A DNA stretch of 63,826 nucleotides, taken from Leucoraja ocellata. Taxonomy: Eukaryota. The notes below the pieces were generated by a model. The model made no database searches. It was not told the DNA's origin and worked only from the letters and a program-made list of their open reading frames with translations. The first letter of the stretch is position 1. Every line of letters begins with the position of its first letter. Of the stretch, positions 37,188 through 49,779 are shown piece by piece. The stretch lies in the NCBI GenBank assembly GCA_036785375.1, contig JAWMAR010000022.1:1302001-1365826 (forward strand), given 5' to 3'. The translations under genes and the position numbers were made by a program.

Positions 37188-37299
37188 CATACTCCTCTCG
37201 AAGGTGCTCCTTAATGTGCGGCTCATAACCTTCCTTCTCAGGAACTTCAACAAAATCATCATCGTCGTCGTCATCATCATCCTCATCAGTTGCTTTCAT
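37188..37299 (-). CDS. UVSSA: UVSSA exon with acidic TFIIH(p62)-binding motif ([37 protein letters not shown])
   Basis: cgacag|ATGAAA...TATG|gtgagt; 112 bp, phase 0 to 1; [15 protein letters not shown] matches the human motif as recalled. Confidence 0.96.
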
Positions 37300-39289
37300 C
37301 TGTCGAAGCAAATCAAAAGAAAACCTGTCACTATCGCTGACCTGTGAAACATCCTAATTATACTCTTCGGAAATGACAGGAGCACTTAACTTTCTCAGTG
37401 AATAAATGACAGCAATCAATCAAGTCTGAATAACAATGAGCTGCGGACCTGAAAATTATTTTTGTATAGAATCTAGCCAGGAATTTATGAAAGGTGAAAC
37501 ACAACCCAAGGTTTAGGGTATTATGGCTTTCAGCTTGCACATTGCACATCAAACACTAAACAGAATTTATGTTTTAATTTTCTGAAAGGTAAAGTAGGAG
37601 GGGGTCTTGTGCTACAATGCATAACATATAGAGCATCTCTGCTAAACACACAACATGCCACTGTAATCAAGTGCCTCAAAAGTAATCTTCAGAAAATTGT
37701 AATTATCTTTCTAAATAATGTATTTAAGTCAGGTAAATTTGGTATTAATCGGGAAAAAAACATAAATATGAATCTTTCAGAAGAAATATTACATCTTCTT
37801 GTAAAGTTGGGGTTCGAGCGAGGCTGGGCACTGTTCTTTATTCCCACTCGTTTTATCTTTAAAAAAATGGGGTGTCAATTTCCAGTCGCCCATTTTGTGC
37901 TGCACCCAAGCTGAATGTATATCCCTCCATGCACTGTCACCTTTAAACATCTCAAAGGTGTTAGATGATGATTTATTTTTGAAATCAGTGCTTTTTCTTA
38001 TGGCGTAAATAAGACTACATACATACACAGGGTCCCTGCATCACATTAATTAAATCAGAAAACCAATAATTTTTTATTCCAACTATGAGTATATCAATAT
38101 TCCTCAGACAAAAAATCTAACACCACTGTTGTATTCAAGATTGGGTGAATGTAGCTGCAAATTCTAATTTAATTTTAAAGAAAATGATTATGTCACTGTT
38201 TACAGAAACATTTCCAATGTCCAATTAAAAATATGGTAAAAACATTAAAATATAACATTAGGAATTATATTTCTGGATGGGTCATAACAGGACTGTTTAA
38301 TTTTGCCTTGTAATGCAAGAATAGGTTAAGAATAAGGATCATTCTCTATGTTCAAGTGGTTGAAGAAATCTGCTTTCTTATACTTTTTGTTTTGTGAAAA
38401 ATCTTAATAGAATCATAAAATACATTTTCCGTCGTCTAATTAATTTGGGAGGCAATCTCAATTATTTCCCACCCAGGAAATCAGTTTTGTCCTTAAATAA
38501 GTGTCTGTTATACTCTAAAAAATGATGTTATAAGGCATCCTTAGACAAGTGAACTCTAAACTTCATTTGTCATTCTGCAAGCTTGATGGCTATGCATTTA
38601 AAAACCCATTCTATCTTATAAACTAAAAATTAAATGTACTCAGCTGTGATAGTCGTCATTGCATCTGCTATTTATATGCTAATATCCTTTCTGGAAGGTC
38701 CTGCAAATTATAGCACTCCAGTAAGTCAGGTGCATCTAGCCTTAGGCTTCAACCGTGCAGCGAAAAAAAAGCACAACATTTTGAAAGACTGTGGCAAAGA
38801 CTTAAAATCACAATCAACTTAGATTGTTTCAACTTCCCTTTAAAGTTGATAGAGACACTGCTGACTGACAAATAATTAGCCAATAACAAATGAGAAGGAA
38901 CGTACAATCACAGTACACAAGGGAATGTTTTGGCAGTGAGGCAAAACCAAGTGCTGGAAAGAATGCTGATGCTCAGATTAATGCATTTCTCTGAGCTGTT
39001 AAGCATTTCTTTAACAAACTACTCGCAAAATGTTTTAAGGACTTGTTTCATGTTTTGTTTCAGCCAATGGTTACATTGTTTTAGAAATAGTTATTTTAGA
39101 ATGCAAATTAAGAGATTAGCCCATAATTTACTTCATTGTAATTTTATCAGGGGACAATGAAAGGTTCAGAAACTAACCAAAATGAGCCGGTATCAGCTTT
39201 TGTGATAATTGGATGGATGGGGAACATGTTTTTTCATTAACACCAGAATACACGCATTGCAATTGTTCAGAGAGGGAACCCTGGGTGAG

Positions 39290-39840
39290 CTCGCCAATTG
39301 TATTCAAAATTAGGACATCGTGAGACCACACTTGGGAGTCAGATTTGGAGTTGTGTACAGATCTGGTCACCCACTACAGGAGATGCCATTGAGTTGGAAA
39401 GGGTGCAGAAGAGATTCAGCAGGAAGTTACCTTTGCTTGAGGGTTTGAATTATACAGAGAGATTGGATAGGCTGAGATGTTTTCTTTGGAGCAGAGGAGG
39501 ACTGAAGGGGCCTTAGTGAGTTGTACAAGGTCATGAGGGGAATGGATAATGTGAACACTTAATCTTTTTCTTAGGGTAGTGTTCTTAAAAACGAGAGGGC
39601 AATGGCTCAAGGTGAGTGGAGAGAAATTTAAGAGGGACCTCAAGCAGCAATATTTTCATGCAGACGATAATCGATATCTTAAATGAGTTGCCGGAGGAAG
39701 CTATGGAAGTGGATACAAAGACGAGAGTACTAAGGAGCCAAATGCAGGCAATGGGTATAAGCCCAGTATGCCAACTTTGTCAGCATGGACAATGTGGTCC
39801 ATAGGGTCGGTTCCTCTGCTGTGCAGCTCTATAATTCTAT
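39290..39840 (+). mobile_element. Degraded CR1 3' fragment
   Basis: CVQIWSP...IELERVQKRFSRKLP...YTERLDRL. Confidence 0.8.
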
Positions 39841-40039
39841 GCCACCCAGCATTCCTTGCATTCATTTTTCATGTTTCTCTTCCTGTAAATAAAAATGTCA
39901 TTCCCCAGTTGGGCATGAGAGCAAACATTGCTGGATTAATAAACCAGTGGAATTAGCAGGACAGATAAGAGTTCAAGAGTTCATCATTGTACTGAGTGAG
40001 TTTAACTTCTGTTAATGGATTAAATCAATTTGAAACTTG

Positions 40040-40720
40040 TCATTGAAGTGTACAGCACAGAAACAGACCTTTGGCCCAATGCATTCATGCCGACCAAGAA
40101 GCTCCAACCAAGCTGGTCCCATTTCCCCACATTTTGCTAATTTCCTTATGAACCTTTGCTTTTCATGTACATGCCCAAATGTTTTTTTAAATGGTGTTAT
40201 TGTACCTGCCTTAATCTGGCAGTTTATTCCATATACCTCGGACTGAAAAAGTTGCCCCTCAGGTTCCAATTGAATCTTTCCCCTCTCACCTTAAACCCAA
40301 GCCCTCCAGTTCTTGATTCCCCTACTTTGGGACAAAAACTGTGCATTCAACCCATCCCCCTCATGATTTTACACACCTCTATAAGATCACCCCACAGTTT
40401 CCTACATTCCAAGGAATAAAGTCCCAGCGTGCCCAACCTTTCCCTATAGTTCAGATCACCGAGTCCTGGCAACATTCTCATATATCTTCTCTGCACTTAT
40501 TCTAGCTTAATGGTACTTTTCCTTTTGATGGGTGACCAAGACTGAGGACAATACTCCAACTGGGACCTCACCAATGTCTTCTACAACTGCAAGATAACTT
40601 CCCAACTTCTATACTTCATTCCCTGACTTGTATTCAATTGACTTCTCAAAATGCAACACCTTAACCATCTTCACCCTCTATGACACTCCATATGTTGGTG
40701 TCATCTGTAAACTTTGTGCC
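40040..40720 (-). mobile_element. Degraded CR1 3' fragment
   Basis: Homologous to 14370-14850 (ctcatgattttacacacctctataagatcacccc). Confidence 0.8.
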
Positions 40721-40949
40721 CACAGACCAGATTATGATAAAGACTATCTAGTTCACAAAAGCACGTTTCTTCCATAGCTCCAGACCCACAGCAACATGGC
40801 TGAGCTACAATTGGTCTCGGGAATGGCTGGGGAAACCATTCAATTCATGGGAAAACACAATAACAAACACATACATCGCAAGAGCCGATGGGAGTCCCCC
40901 CCCCCCCCCCCCCCCTCCGATCGACCCTCCCCACTCCCTGCCTTGTGGC

Positions 40950-41810
40950 CAATCACCAGGAACATGGAGCAGCAACCTCGTTACCGTTTGTAATGTCCCA
41001 TTGCCATGTCATTGTGGTAGTCGGCAGCTTGAGAGCCCAATGTGATTGGTGCAGTGTGAGTGGCATTGTGACATCATCACTGGAAGCTCCTAGAAATGAG
41101 CTGTCAGTGAGAAGGCGGCTTTGGCTTTTTTTTAAACTTTAATCATGAATAACCTTTGAAATATAGCATGAAATCTGAATTGAGCCCGATTACGGCGTGG
41201 AGGGGAATCAGAAGTTGAGGAGCAGCCCCTTCTGATATTAGTGCAGTGGCAGCAACCTAGTTACCATTGGCAATGCCCCATTGTGATGTCATTTGTAAAT
41301 GAGATCCATTGATTGGACGTTTGTGAGATGGCATGGTGACATCATCACTGGAAGGTGCTGCAAGAGTCTGCCACTAAAAACCCGTTAATTATTTTTCAAA
41401 TTTGGCTATTTTTAAAAACTTTAATCATTAATAACTTTTAAAATCTTGCATGAAATCTCAAGTGAAGCAGAGTATGGTGTGGGACTAAAATGCAACCAGA
41501 ACTTGAGGAGCAGCCCCTTCAAATATTGGTAGAGGGGCTGTAACCTCATTACCGTTGGCAACGACCCATTGTGATGTAATTGTGGCAGTTGGCAGCCAGC
41601 TTGAGAGTCCATTGTTACCGTTGGCAATGTCCCATTGCGATGTCATAGTGGCAGTCGACAGCCAACTTGAGAGTCCATTGTGATTGGTGCACCGTGAGAG
41701 GCATTGTGACATCAACACTGCGAGAAGGCTGGAAGCTGTCTGTGAGAAGGCAGTTTTGGCTGTTTTTAAAATTTCAATGATTAATAACTTCTGAAATATA
41801 TGTGGAAAGG
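40950..41810 (-). repeat. Internally repetitive element related to Helitron-like A1, about 280-300-bp unit x3 with about 60-bp subrepeats
   Basis: gtgacatcatcactggaag and aaatgagatccattgattgga are reverse complements of motifs at 8425-8490; gttaccgttggcaatgtcccattgtgatgtcattgtggcag recurs. Termini not recognisable. Confidence 0.6.
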
Positions 41811-42854
41811 CGACGGGAAGATGTTTATCGTCACAATGTGAAAAATGTAAGTAGGATGTGCGGAAATGGGAAGGCTGTGGCCTAGCATTTGGAAGAAGAT
41901 AGAAAAACCAGATTGACACATCGTGGGCACAAACAAGATGAAGACTTTTACTTATATAGAGATGGGATAGGGACAAAAATTGGGTCACTGATGGCCTGAT
42001 CCCAAACAAGTTAACAGGGAAAGAGGTGTGGAACTGGTTAGATCAGGGCAGATGAACAGAGAGTGCAGCAGGTGGGTTTCATGAATGAGATCAGCTCTGC
42101 TGGCGATGTGAATCCTGGCCTAGGAAGAAGGGGTGGAGCCTGTAGCAGTAGCAGCATTGAACATTTTAAATTTTAGAAAGAGAAAAGGTAATAATTTTGA
42201 ACTGGATGAGGCAAATCACCTTGCTCCATCACACTTACCAAATTCTAGAGTCATTTGTAATTGGAGTCGTATAGCATGGAAACAGGTCCCAAGGCCCAAC
42301 TCATCCATGCCGACTGAGATGCCCCAGCTCAGCTTGTCCCATTTGCCTGCGTTTAGTCCAGATGCCTCAAAACCTTTCCTATCCAAGCACCTATCCAAAT
42401 GTATTTTATGTATTCAGAGAGTCATACAGCATGGAAACAGGACCTTCGGCCCAACTTGTCCACGTCAACCAACATGCCTCATCTGCCTGCATTTGGCCCA
42501 TGTTCTCTAAACCTATCCTATCCTTGTACCCATTCAAATTTTATTATTACACCTGCCTTGACGACTTTCTCTCCACAGATATCCCTCCTGGGATAAATAC
42601 ATTTCTATTGTATCGTACTGCCTGACTGACTGAATATATCCAGTATTTTAGAATGAAGAAAAATCTAACCCGACTATCCTTTTGGAATTTCAGTACAAGT
42701 TCTCAATTGAAAAGTCAATTCCGTCCACTCGTATCAGGTTTCTCAGCCAGGAATCTTTTAGCAGATTGAGCTGCCATCAAAGTGCTCTTTTCCCTACCAC
42801 CAGGTTGAGATAACAAGGATGGCTTGGAATACCCTTATAATGATACAGCCTGAA

Positions 42855-43165
42855 TACAATAGACAATAGGTGCAGGAGTAGGCCATTTGGCCCTCCGGGC
42901 CAGCACCGCCATTTAATGTGATCATGGCTGATCATCCCCAATCAGTACCCCGTTCCTGCCTTCTCCCCATATCCCCTGACTCCGCTTTTTTTAAGAGCCC
43001 TATCTAGCTCTTTCTTGAAAGCATCCAGAGAACCTGCCTCCATCGCCCTCTGAGGCAGAGAATTCCACAGACTCACCACTCTCCGTGAGGAAAAAGTGTT
43101 TCCTCGTCTCTGTTCTAAATGGCTTACTCCTTATTCTTAAACTGTGGGCCCTGGTTCTGGAGTAC
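42855..43165 (-). mobile_element. CR1 3' end
   Basis: SRTRAHSLRIRSKPFRTETRKHFF; tail acaatagacaata on the plus strand. Confidence 0.85.
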
Positions 43166-43729
43166 TGATCAGGAATGATCCTAACATTACTCACAACCAA
43201 AGTAAGAATTTCATTGTTTTGTTATATTAAAAACATTGCTTAATTTATCTAGCATAGCTACATAAAAGCTACTGATGGTCCCTGAAATAGAGAATGTAAA
43301 GTGGGAATGTTGCAAATTCAGTGCCCTCCATAATGTTTGGGACAACGACCCATTATTTATTTATTTATTTGCCTCTGTATTCCACAATTTGAGATTTGTA
43401 ATAGAAATAAATCACATGTGATTAAAGTGCGCATTGTCAGATTTTATTAAAGGGTATTTTTAGACATTTTGGTTTCACCATGTAGAAATTATAGCTGAGT
43501 TTATACATAGCCCCCCCATTTCAGGGCACCGTAATGTTTGGGACGCATGGCTTCACAGGTGTTTGTAATTGCTCATGTGTGTTTAAATGCCTCCTCAATG
43601 CAGGTATAAAAGAGCTCTCAGTACCTTGTTTTTCCTCCAGTCTTTCCATCACCTTTGGAAACTTTTATTGGTGTTTATCAACATGAGGACCAAAGTTGTG
43701 CCAATGTAAGACAAAGAAGCCATTATGAG

Positions 43730-43853
43730 TTTAAGAAGGAACTACAGATGCTGGAAAATCGAACACAAAAATGCTGGAGAAACTCAGTGGGTGCAGCAGC
43801 ATCTATGGAGCGAAGGAGGTAGGCAACATTTCAGGCCAAAACCCTTCTTCAGA
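43730..43853 (-). mobile_element. Penelope terminal-repeat-only insertion in Tc1
   Basis: TSD CATTATGAG at 43721-43729 and 43854-43862; minus strand begins TCTGAAGAAGGGTTTTGGCCTGAAATGTTG. Confidence 0.85.
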
Positions 43854-44844
43854 CATTATGAGACTGAGAAACAAGAATAAAACTGTTAACAGTCATCAGC
43901 CAAAGCTTTGGCTTAACCTATTCAACTGTCTGGAACATCATTAAGAAGAAAGAGAGCACTGGTGAACTTACTAATCGCAAAGGGACTGGCAGGCCAAGGA
44001 AGACCTCCACAGCTGATGACATAAGAATTCTCTCCATAACAAAGAAAAATCCCCAAAAACCTGTCCGACAGATCAGAAACACTCTTCAGGAGTGAATTTG
44101 TCAATGACCACTGTCTGCAGAAGACTTAATGAACAGAAATACAGAGGCTACACTGCAAGATGCAACACTGTTAGCTGCAAAAATAGGATGGCCAGGTTGT
44201 AGTTTGCCAAGAAGTACTTAAAAGAGCAAAAAGGTGTTGTGGACAGATGAGACGAAGATTAACATATCAGAGTGATGGCAAGAGCAAAGTATGGAGGAGA
44301 TAAGGACCTGCCCAAGATTGTGTATTGTGTGTTCTGTTTTATTGTACAGCTGCTGGCAAGTTCATTTCACTGTACTTTATTGTGTATGTGACGAATAAAT
44401 CTGACTATTGACTATTGATCCAAAGCATACCACCTCATCAGTGAAACACGGTGGTGGGGGTGTTAGGCCTGACATGTATGGCTGTTGAAGGTACTGGCTC
44501 ACTTATCTTCATTGATGAAACAACTGCTGATGGTAGTAGCATAATGAATTCTGAAGTGTACATCCACATTTTATCTGCTCAAGTTCAAACAAATGCCTCA
44601 AAATTCATTTGCCGTAGGTTCATTCTACAGCAAGTCCATGGTCCCAAACATACTGCTAAAACAAGAAAGGAGTTTTACAAAGCTAAAAAAATGGCCAACT
44701 CTTAAGTGGCTAAGTCAATCACCCGATCTGAACCCAATTGAGCATGCCTTTTATATGCTGAACAGAAAACTGAAGGGGACTAGCCCCCAAAACATGCATA
44801 AGCTAAAGATGGCTGCCATACCATCCTGGCAGAGCATCACCAGC

Positions 44845-45872
44845 AAAGAGTAGGAGTTAACGGGTCCTTTTCAGAATGGCAGGTAGTGTCTAGTGGAGTA
44901 CCGCAAGGCTCAGTTGCTGGGACCCCAGCTATATACAATATATATTAATGATTTGGACGAGGGAATTGAATGCAACATCTCCAAGTTTGCGGACGACACG
45001 AAGCTGGGGGGCAGTGTTAGCTGTGAGGAGGATGCTAAGAGGCTGCAAGATGACTTGGATAGGCTGGGTGAGTGGGCAAATGCATGGCAGATGCAGTATA
45101 AAGTGGATAAATGTGAGGTTATCCACTTTGGTGGCAAAAACAGGAAAGTAAACTATTACCTGAATGGTGGCCGATTAGGAAAAGGGGAGATGCAACGAGA
45201 CCTGGGTGTCATGGTACACCAGTCATTGAAAGTAGGCATGCAGATGCAGCAGGCAGTGAAGAAAGCTAATGGTATGTTAGCATTCATAGCAAAAGGAATT
45301 GAGTATAGGAGCAGAGAGGTTCTACTGCAGTTGTACAGGGTCTTGGTGAGACCACACCTGGAGTATTGAGTACAGTTTTGGTCACCTAATCTGAGGAAGT
45401 TCATTCTTGCCATAGAGGGAGTACAGAGAAGGTTCTGATTCCTGGGATGTCAGGACTTTCATATGAAGAAAGACTGGATAGACTTGGCTTGTACTCGCTA
45501 GATTTTAGAAGATTGAGGGGGGATCTTATAGAAACTTATAAAATTCTTAAGGGGTTGGACAGGCTAGATGCAGGAAGATTGTTCCCGATGTTAGGGAAGT
45601 CCAGAACAAGAAGTCACAGTTTAAGGATAAAGGGGAAATCTTTTAGGACTGAGATGAGAAAAACATTTTTTACACTGAGAGTGGGCAATCTCTGGAATTC
45701 TCTGCCACAGAAAGTAGTTGAGGCCAGTTCATTGGCTGTATTTAAGAGGGAGTTGGATGTGGCCCTTGTGGCTAATGGGATCAGGGGGTATGGAGAGAAA
45801 GCAGGTACAGGATACTGAGTTGGATGATCAAGCATGATCATATTGAATGGCCTACCCCTGTTTCTATGTTTC
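44845..45872 (+). mobile_element. 5'-truncated CR1 inserted into the Tc1 transposase 3' end
   Basis: [12 protein letters not shown]...LVRPHLEY; Tc1 reads catcaccag|gaagacacccagcaac across the insert (compare 27593-27618). Confidence 0.92.
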
Positions 45873-47984
45873 GAAGACACCCAGCAACCGGTGATGTCCA
45901 TGAATGTCCATGATGTCCATGAATCGCAGACATCAAGCAGTCATTGCATGCAAAGGATATGCAACAAAGTACTAAACATGACTACTTTCATTTTCATGAC
46001 ATTGCTGTGTCCCAAACATTATGGCGCCCTGAAATGGGGGGGACGGGGGGGGGGACTATGTATAAACACTGCTGCAATTTCTACATGGTGAAACCAAAAT
46101 GTATAAAAATGGGCTTTATTAAAATCTGATAATGTGCACCTTAACCGCATGTGTTTTTTTTTCTATTACAAATCTCAAATTGTGGAGCAGAGGCAAATAA
46201 ATAAATAATGAGTCTTTGTCCCAAACAATATGGAGGGCACTGTATATGCATTACAAATTTTCCTTATTCCTACATTAATTCTAAATGTATATCCTGAAGA
46301 AATCATTCTTGGCATAGCTTTTATAGCTTTTATTTTTAAGAATACCACTGTAAAGGAATTACAAAGAATAAATTCTAGTTTGGGGATAAATACTGCATTC
46401 CCTTACTCAGAGGGAAGAAAAAATCAGTCCAGCTTAAAATAATTAAAACTCCAATTGAAACTAAATACTAAATCACCAATGAAATGTTGTGATTATCTGG
46501 TGTTGTTCTTCCAGCAATGATGCTTATGTATTCTGGCCCAGCAAACCAGCACAAAGCACTAACTCCCTCTGCTGGATTTTATGGTAGTATTCCAACCCAA
46601 GCTGTAAAGGCTGAAGAAAATAAAATCCACAAAGGCTTCACAGAGTCACCTTAAAAGTAAACCTTAATATGTTTTTAGTAGTGCTTATGTGCTATTTCAA
46701 GAAGGCAATAGATCAAACTAAATAACTTCAGTGTTCACGACTAAAAATGTTTACTTGGTTAATCCAAACAAAGGTTCACAATTCCATCCCCGCATCATTT
46801 TACATTTGCACAGCACCTACACCCATAGTGACTTAAGAACTGAAAAGTTTTCCCATTTTTTCATTGTGAATAACACCTTAAAAAAATGGAGCCTGACATA
46901 GCACATCAATACTGCAAATACAGTTTACTATTAAATACCCAAAGTTGTGATTTTCCCTCTCCATAAAAGTTAATGCTATCGGAGCAGAATTAGGTCATTC
47001 GGCCCATCAGATCTATTCCGCCATTTAGTCATGACTGATCTATCTTTCCCTCCCATCCCCATTTTCCTTAGTTTATTTTAAAGCATTTCTTCATTCTGCC
47101 ATAATTAGTTGTTGTAAACCCAATGGCCTAAAGATATTGAAGGAGAAATTTAGCTTTGGTTGTCTGGCTTATAGCATTCAGCTTTAATACAATTACAATG
47201 CTTTTGGTGCTCACAATTGAGACTCCTCTGCTACATTGTAGGAACCCAATCCAGATTGGGTGTTTATTTTGCAAAATACCTTCTTTAGTTCACAAAAGTG
47301 ACCCTGTGCTTACGGTTGTTTATCACTTTAATTGTAGTCTCCCCATTTCCCATCTGACCACTTTGTCTTTATTATCCCAACAACATCCAATCCAAGATCA
47401 AGGAACAGCATCTCAACTTCGTTTTGGGCATGTTGCAGCTTCTGGAACAATACTGTTACGATGACAACTTTTGTCTGTGCCCTGTCATAGACATTACCTC
47501 AGTTTTCTGCATCACCACCCTGCCAACCTAACCAAGCGGTTTTCTTGCTTGCAAGTTCCTTGACAGGATATGTTATATTTTGTTGCTCTCCCCATAAATG
47601 CTGCTTGCCCTGTTGTGCACTTGCAATATTTTCAGTTTCTGAAGCAGGATGTACTGCCCATCAAAGAATCAGATTTAATTATGGCTTCCAAAAGACAACT
47701 AAATCAATACTTAAAAGAAACGGAACCACAGGGTTGAAAGGAAATCATGGGGGAATGCGACTAGCTAGATTGTTTTTCGGGGACAGGTATGAACTTTGGG
47801 GGCTTCCTTCAGTGCTTCAATCATTCAATAACCTATAATATAAAATATCTTCAATACCTTAGGATGTGTCAAACCACGTCAGTAGTCTCTCCTTATCCCG
47901 TTCTTGTTTCCTTTTCACATCTAGCCTTTGTCACTTACTCCACAAATCAAATCTCCCTCACCTGCATCCACGTATCACTTCATA

Positions 47985-48525
47985 AGGTCATGTCATAGGA
48001 GCAGAAGTAGGCCATTCGGTCCATAGAGTCTAGTCCACCATTCAATCATGGCTGATTGATCTTTCCCTTTCAACCCGATGCTCCTGCTTTCTTCCCATAA
48101 CCCTTGACACCCTAATCAATTATCTGTCAATCTCTGCTTTAAAAACACCTAAAAGCCTCCACAGCCATCTGTGGCAATGATTCCACACATTCACCACTCT
48201 CTGACTAAAGAAATTCCTCTTCATCTCCTTTCTAAAAGGTATGTCCTTTTATTCTGAGGCGATACCTGTTGGTTCTAGATTCTCCCACTAATGGAAACAT
48301 TCTCTCACCACATCCACTCCATCCAGGCTTTTCATTACTCGATAAGCTTCAATGGGGCTCCCCGCTACGCTCATCCTTCTAAATTCCAGCAAGTACAGGC
48401 CCAGTACCGTCAAACGCTCATCATACTTTAACCCAATCATCCTCGGGATCATTATCTTAATTCTCCTCGCCCTTCTCCAACATCAGCGCATCCTTGCTCA
48501 GATACGAGACCTAAAACTGCTCACA
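47985..48525 (-). mobile_element. CR1 3' fragment
   Basis: Homologous to 35160-35474 and other CR1 tails in the window. Confidence 0.75.
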
Positions 48526-48903
48526 TGTTAGGCTTTTTCACCCCCCCTCCCCGCCCCCCACTACAATCAGTCTAAAGAAGGGTCCTGATCTGAAACATTG
48601 CCTGTCCATTACCTCCAAAGGTGCAACCTGGCTCGCTAAGTTACTCCACTTACTTATTTAGGAATATAAAAGCCAATTTTCTTGCCAGCAACATATCCCA
48701 ACAATAAATAGAAAATAAATATTGTCACTTTCCTTCAGGAGGAAAACTCCAGTTTGAAAGTAAATTTGATAAGATGAATGAAGGCTGTATCACAGTAAGT
48801 ATCTGCAGTTCACAGTATTTGTCTGCAAGCCTTCAAAGCAGAAATGTTGCTTTCCCATACAAGAATTAAGAATCGTCAATTTAAAAATCTCTGGAATACT
48901 CAC

Positions 48904-49032
48904 CACTTTCCTGTATCTCTTCTTCGAACGAATGTTCATCTCATCATGTTTTTCTAATGTGCGATCTATTGCACTTTTTAAGTCAATGGCTCGTCTCAAT
49001 CGGTTATCACTAATACCTGCTTTGGTGAATGT
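48904..49032 (-). CDS. UVSSA: UVSSA internal coding exon (TFTKAGISDNRLRRAIDLKSAIDRTLEKHDEMNIRSKKRYRKV)
   Basis: tgttacag|ACATTC...AAAGTG|gtgagt; 129 bp, phase 0 to 0; LRRAIDLK motif; lies in ORF 48790..49041. Confidence 0.93.
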
Positions 49033-49779
49033 CTGTAACAAAATTACAGAGGTGTTACTTCAAACTAGATCATTTTAATCATTGTTCAGATAGAAAATTG
49101 CATATTTGAATGAAAACATTGAAAAGCCAACCACCATAAATTCAACAAAAGGCAACGTTCTGGAGTAACTCACCGGGTCAGGCAGCATCTCTGGAGAATG
49201 TTTCAGGTCACGACCCTTCCTCAGACTCAACAAATTCAACATCTTACTTAGAGTATTCTTTACATGTGCTCAGATACAAGAGAAAATCTCACCCGCCTGT
49301 GGTCAACCTAACCTTACGCAAACTTGACAGATATAGTCAGCTCCCAGTCGACAAAAGTCAGGCAGCCGTGCTTTATTCTGGAGTACTTTGCAATAAAGGC
49401 AAATGATGAACATCAAGCATGAAATAAAAAAATATTAGAATAGAAAAAAATGGCTTTTTGATAATAGGAAAAACGATAATGACAAACCCAACAGAAAATT
49501 CTCAAAGGAGTCAGCAACAAGCACAATCCACTTCAGAATTATGAAATCAAAACACCCACACAACTACAAACAGGGTTCTAGGAATTCAAAGTAATGACAA
49601 TAAAGGAAAGACAAGACATTTCCAAGTTGAGATAGTGTGGTAAAGATAACCAGTAGATGGCAGTGTTCCCTGCTGTTTTTATACTCCTAAATGATAGATT
49701 ATAGGTTGCAAGTTTGAAACAAATTGTCAAATTCATCAGTTTTTGCAAAATAGAACAGCAGAGGAGAATCAAATCAGTA

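Larger units (their letters stand above)
43319..46242 (+). mobile_element. Full-span Tc1 (DD34E) transposon with long IR/DR-type TIRs, inactivated, carrying three nested inserts
   Basis: Left CAGTGCCCTCCATAATGTTTGGGACAA, right TTGTCCCAAACAATATGGAGGGCACTG|TA; TIRs about 230 bp with an inner direct repeat (43521-43546 and about 46005-46032); VLWTDETKIN, FILQQ, QSPDLNPIE. Confidence 0.93.
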
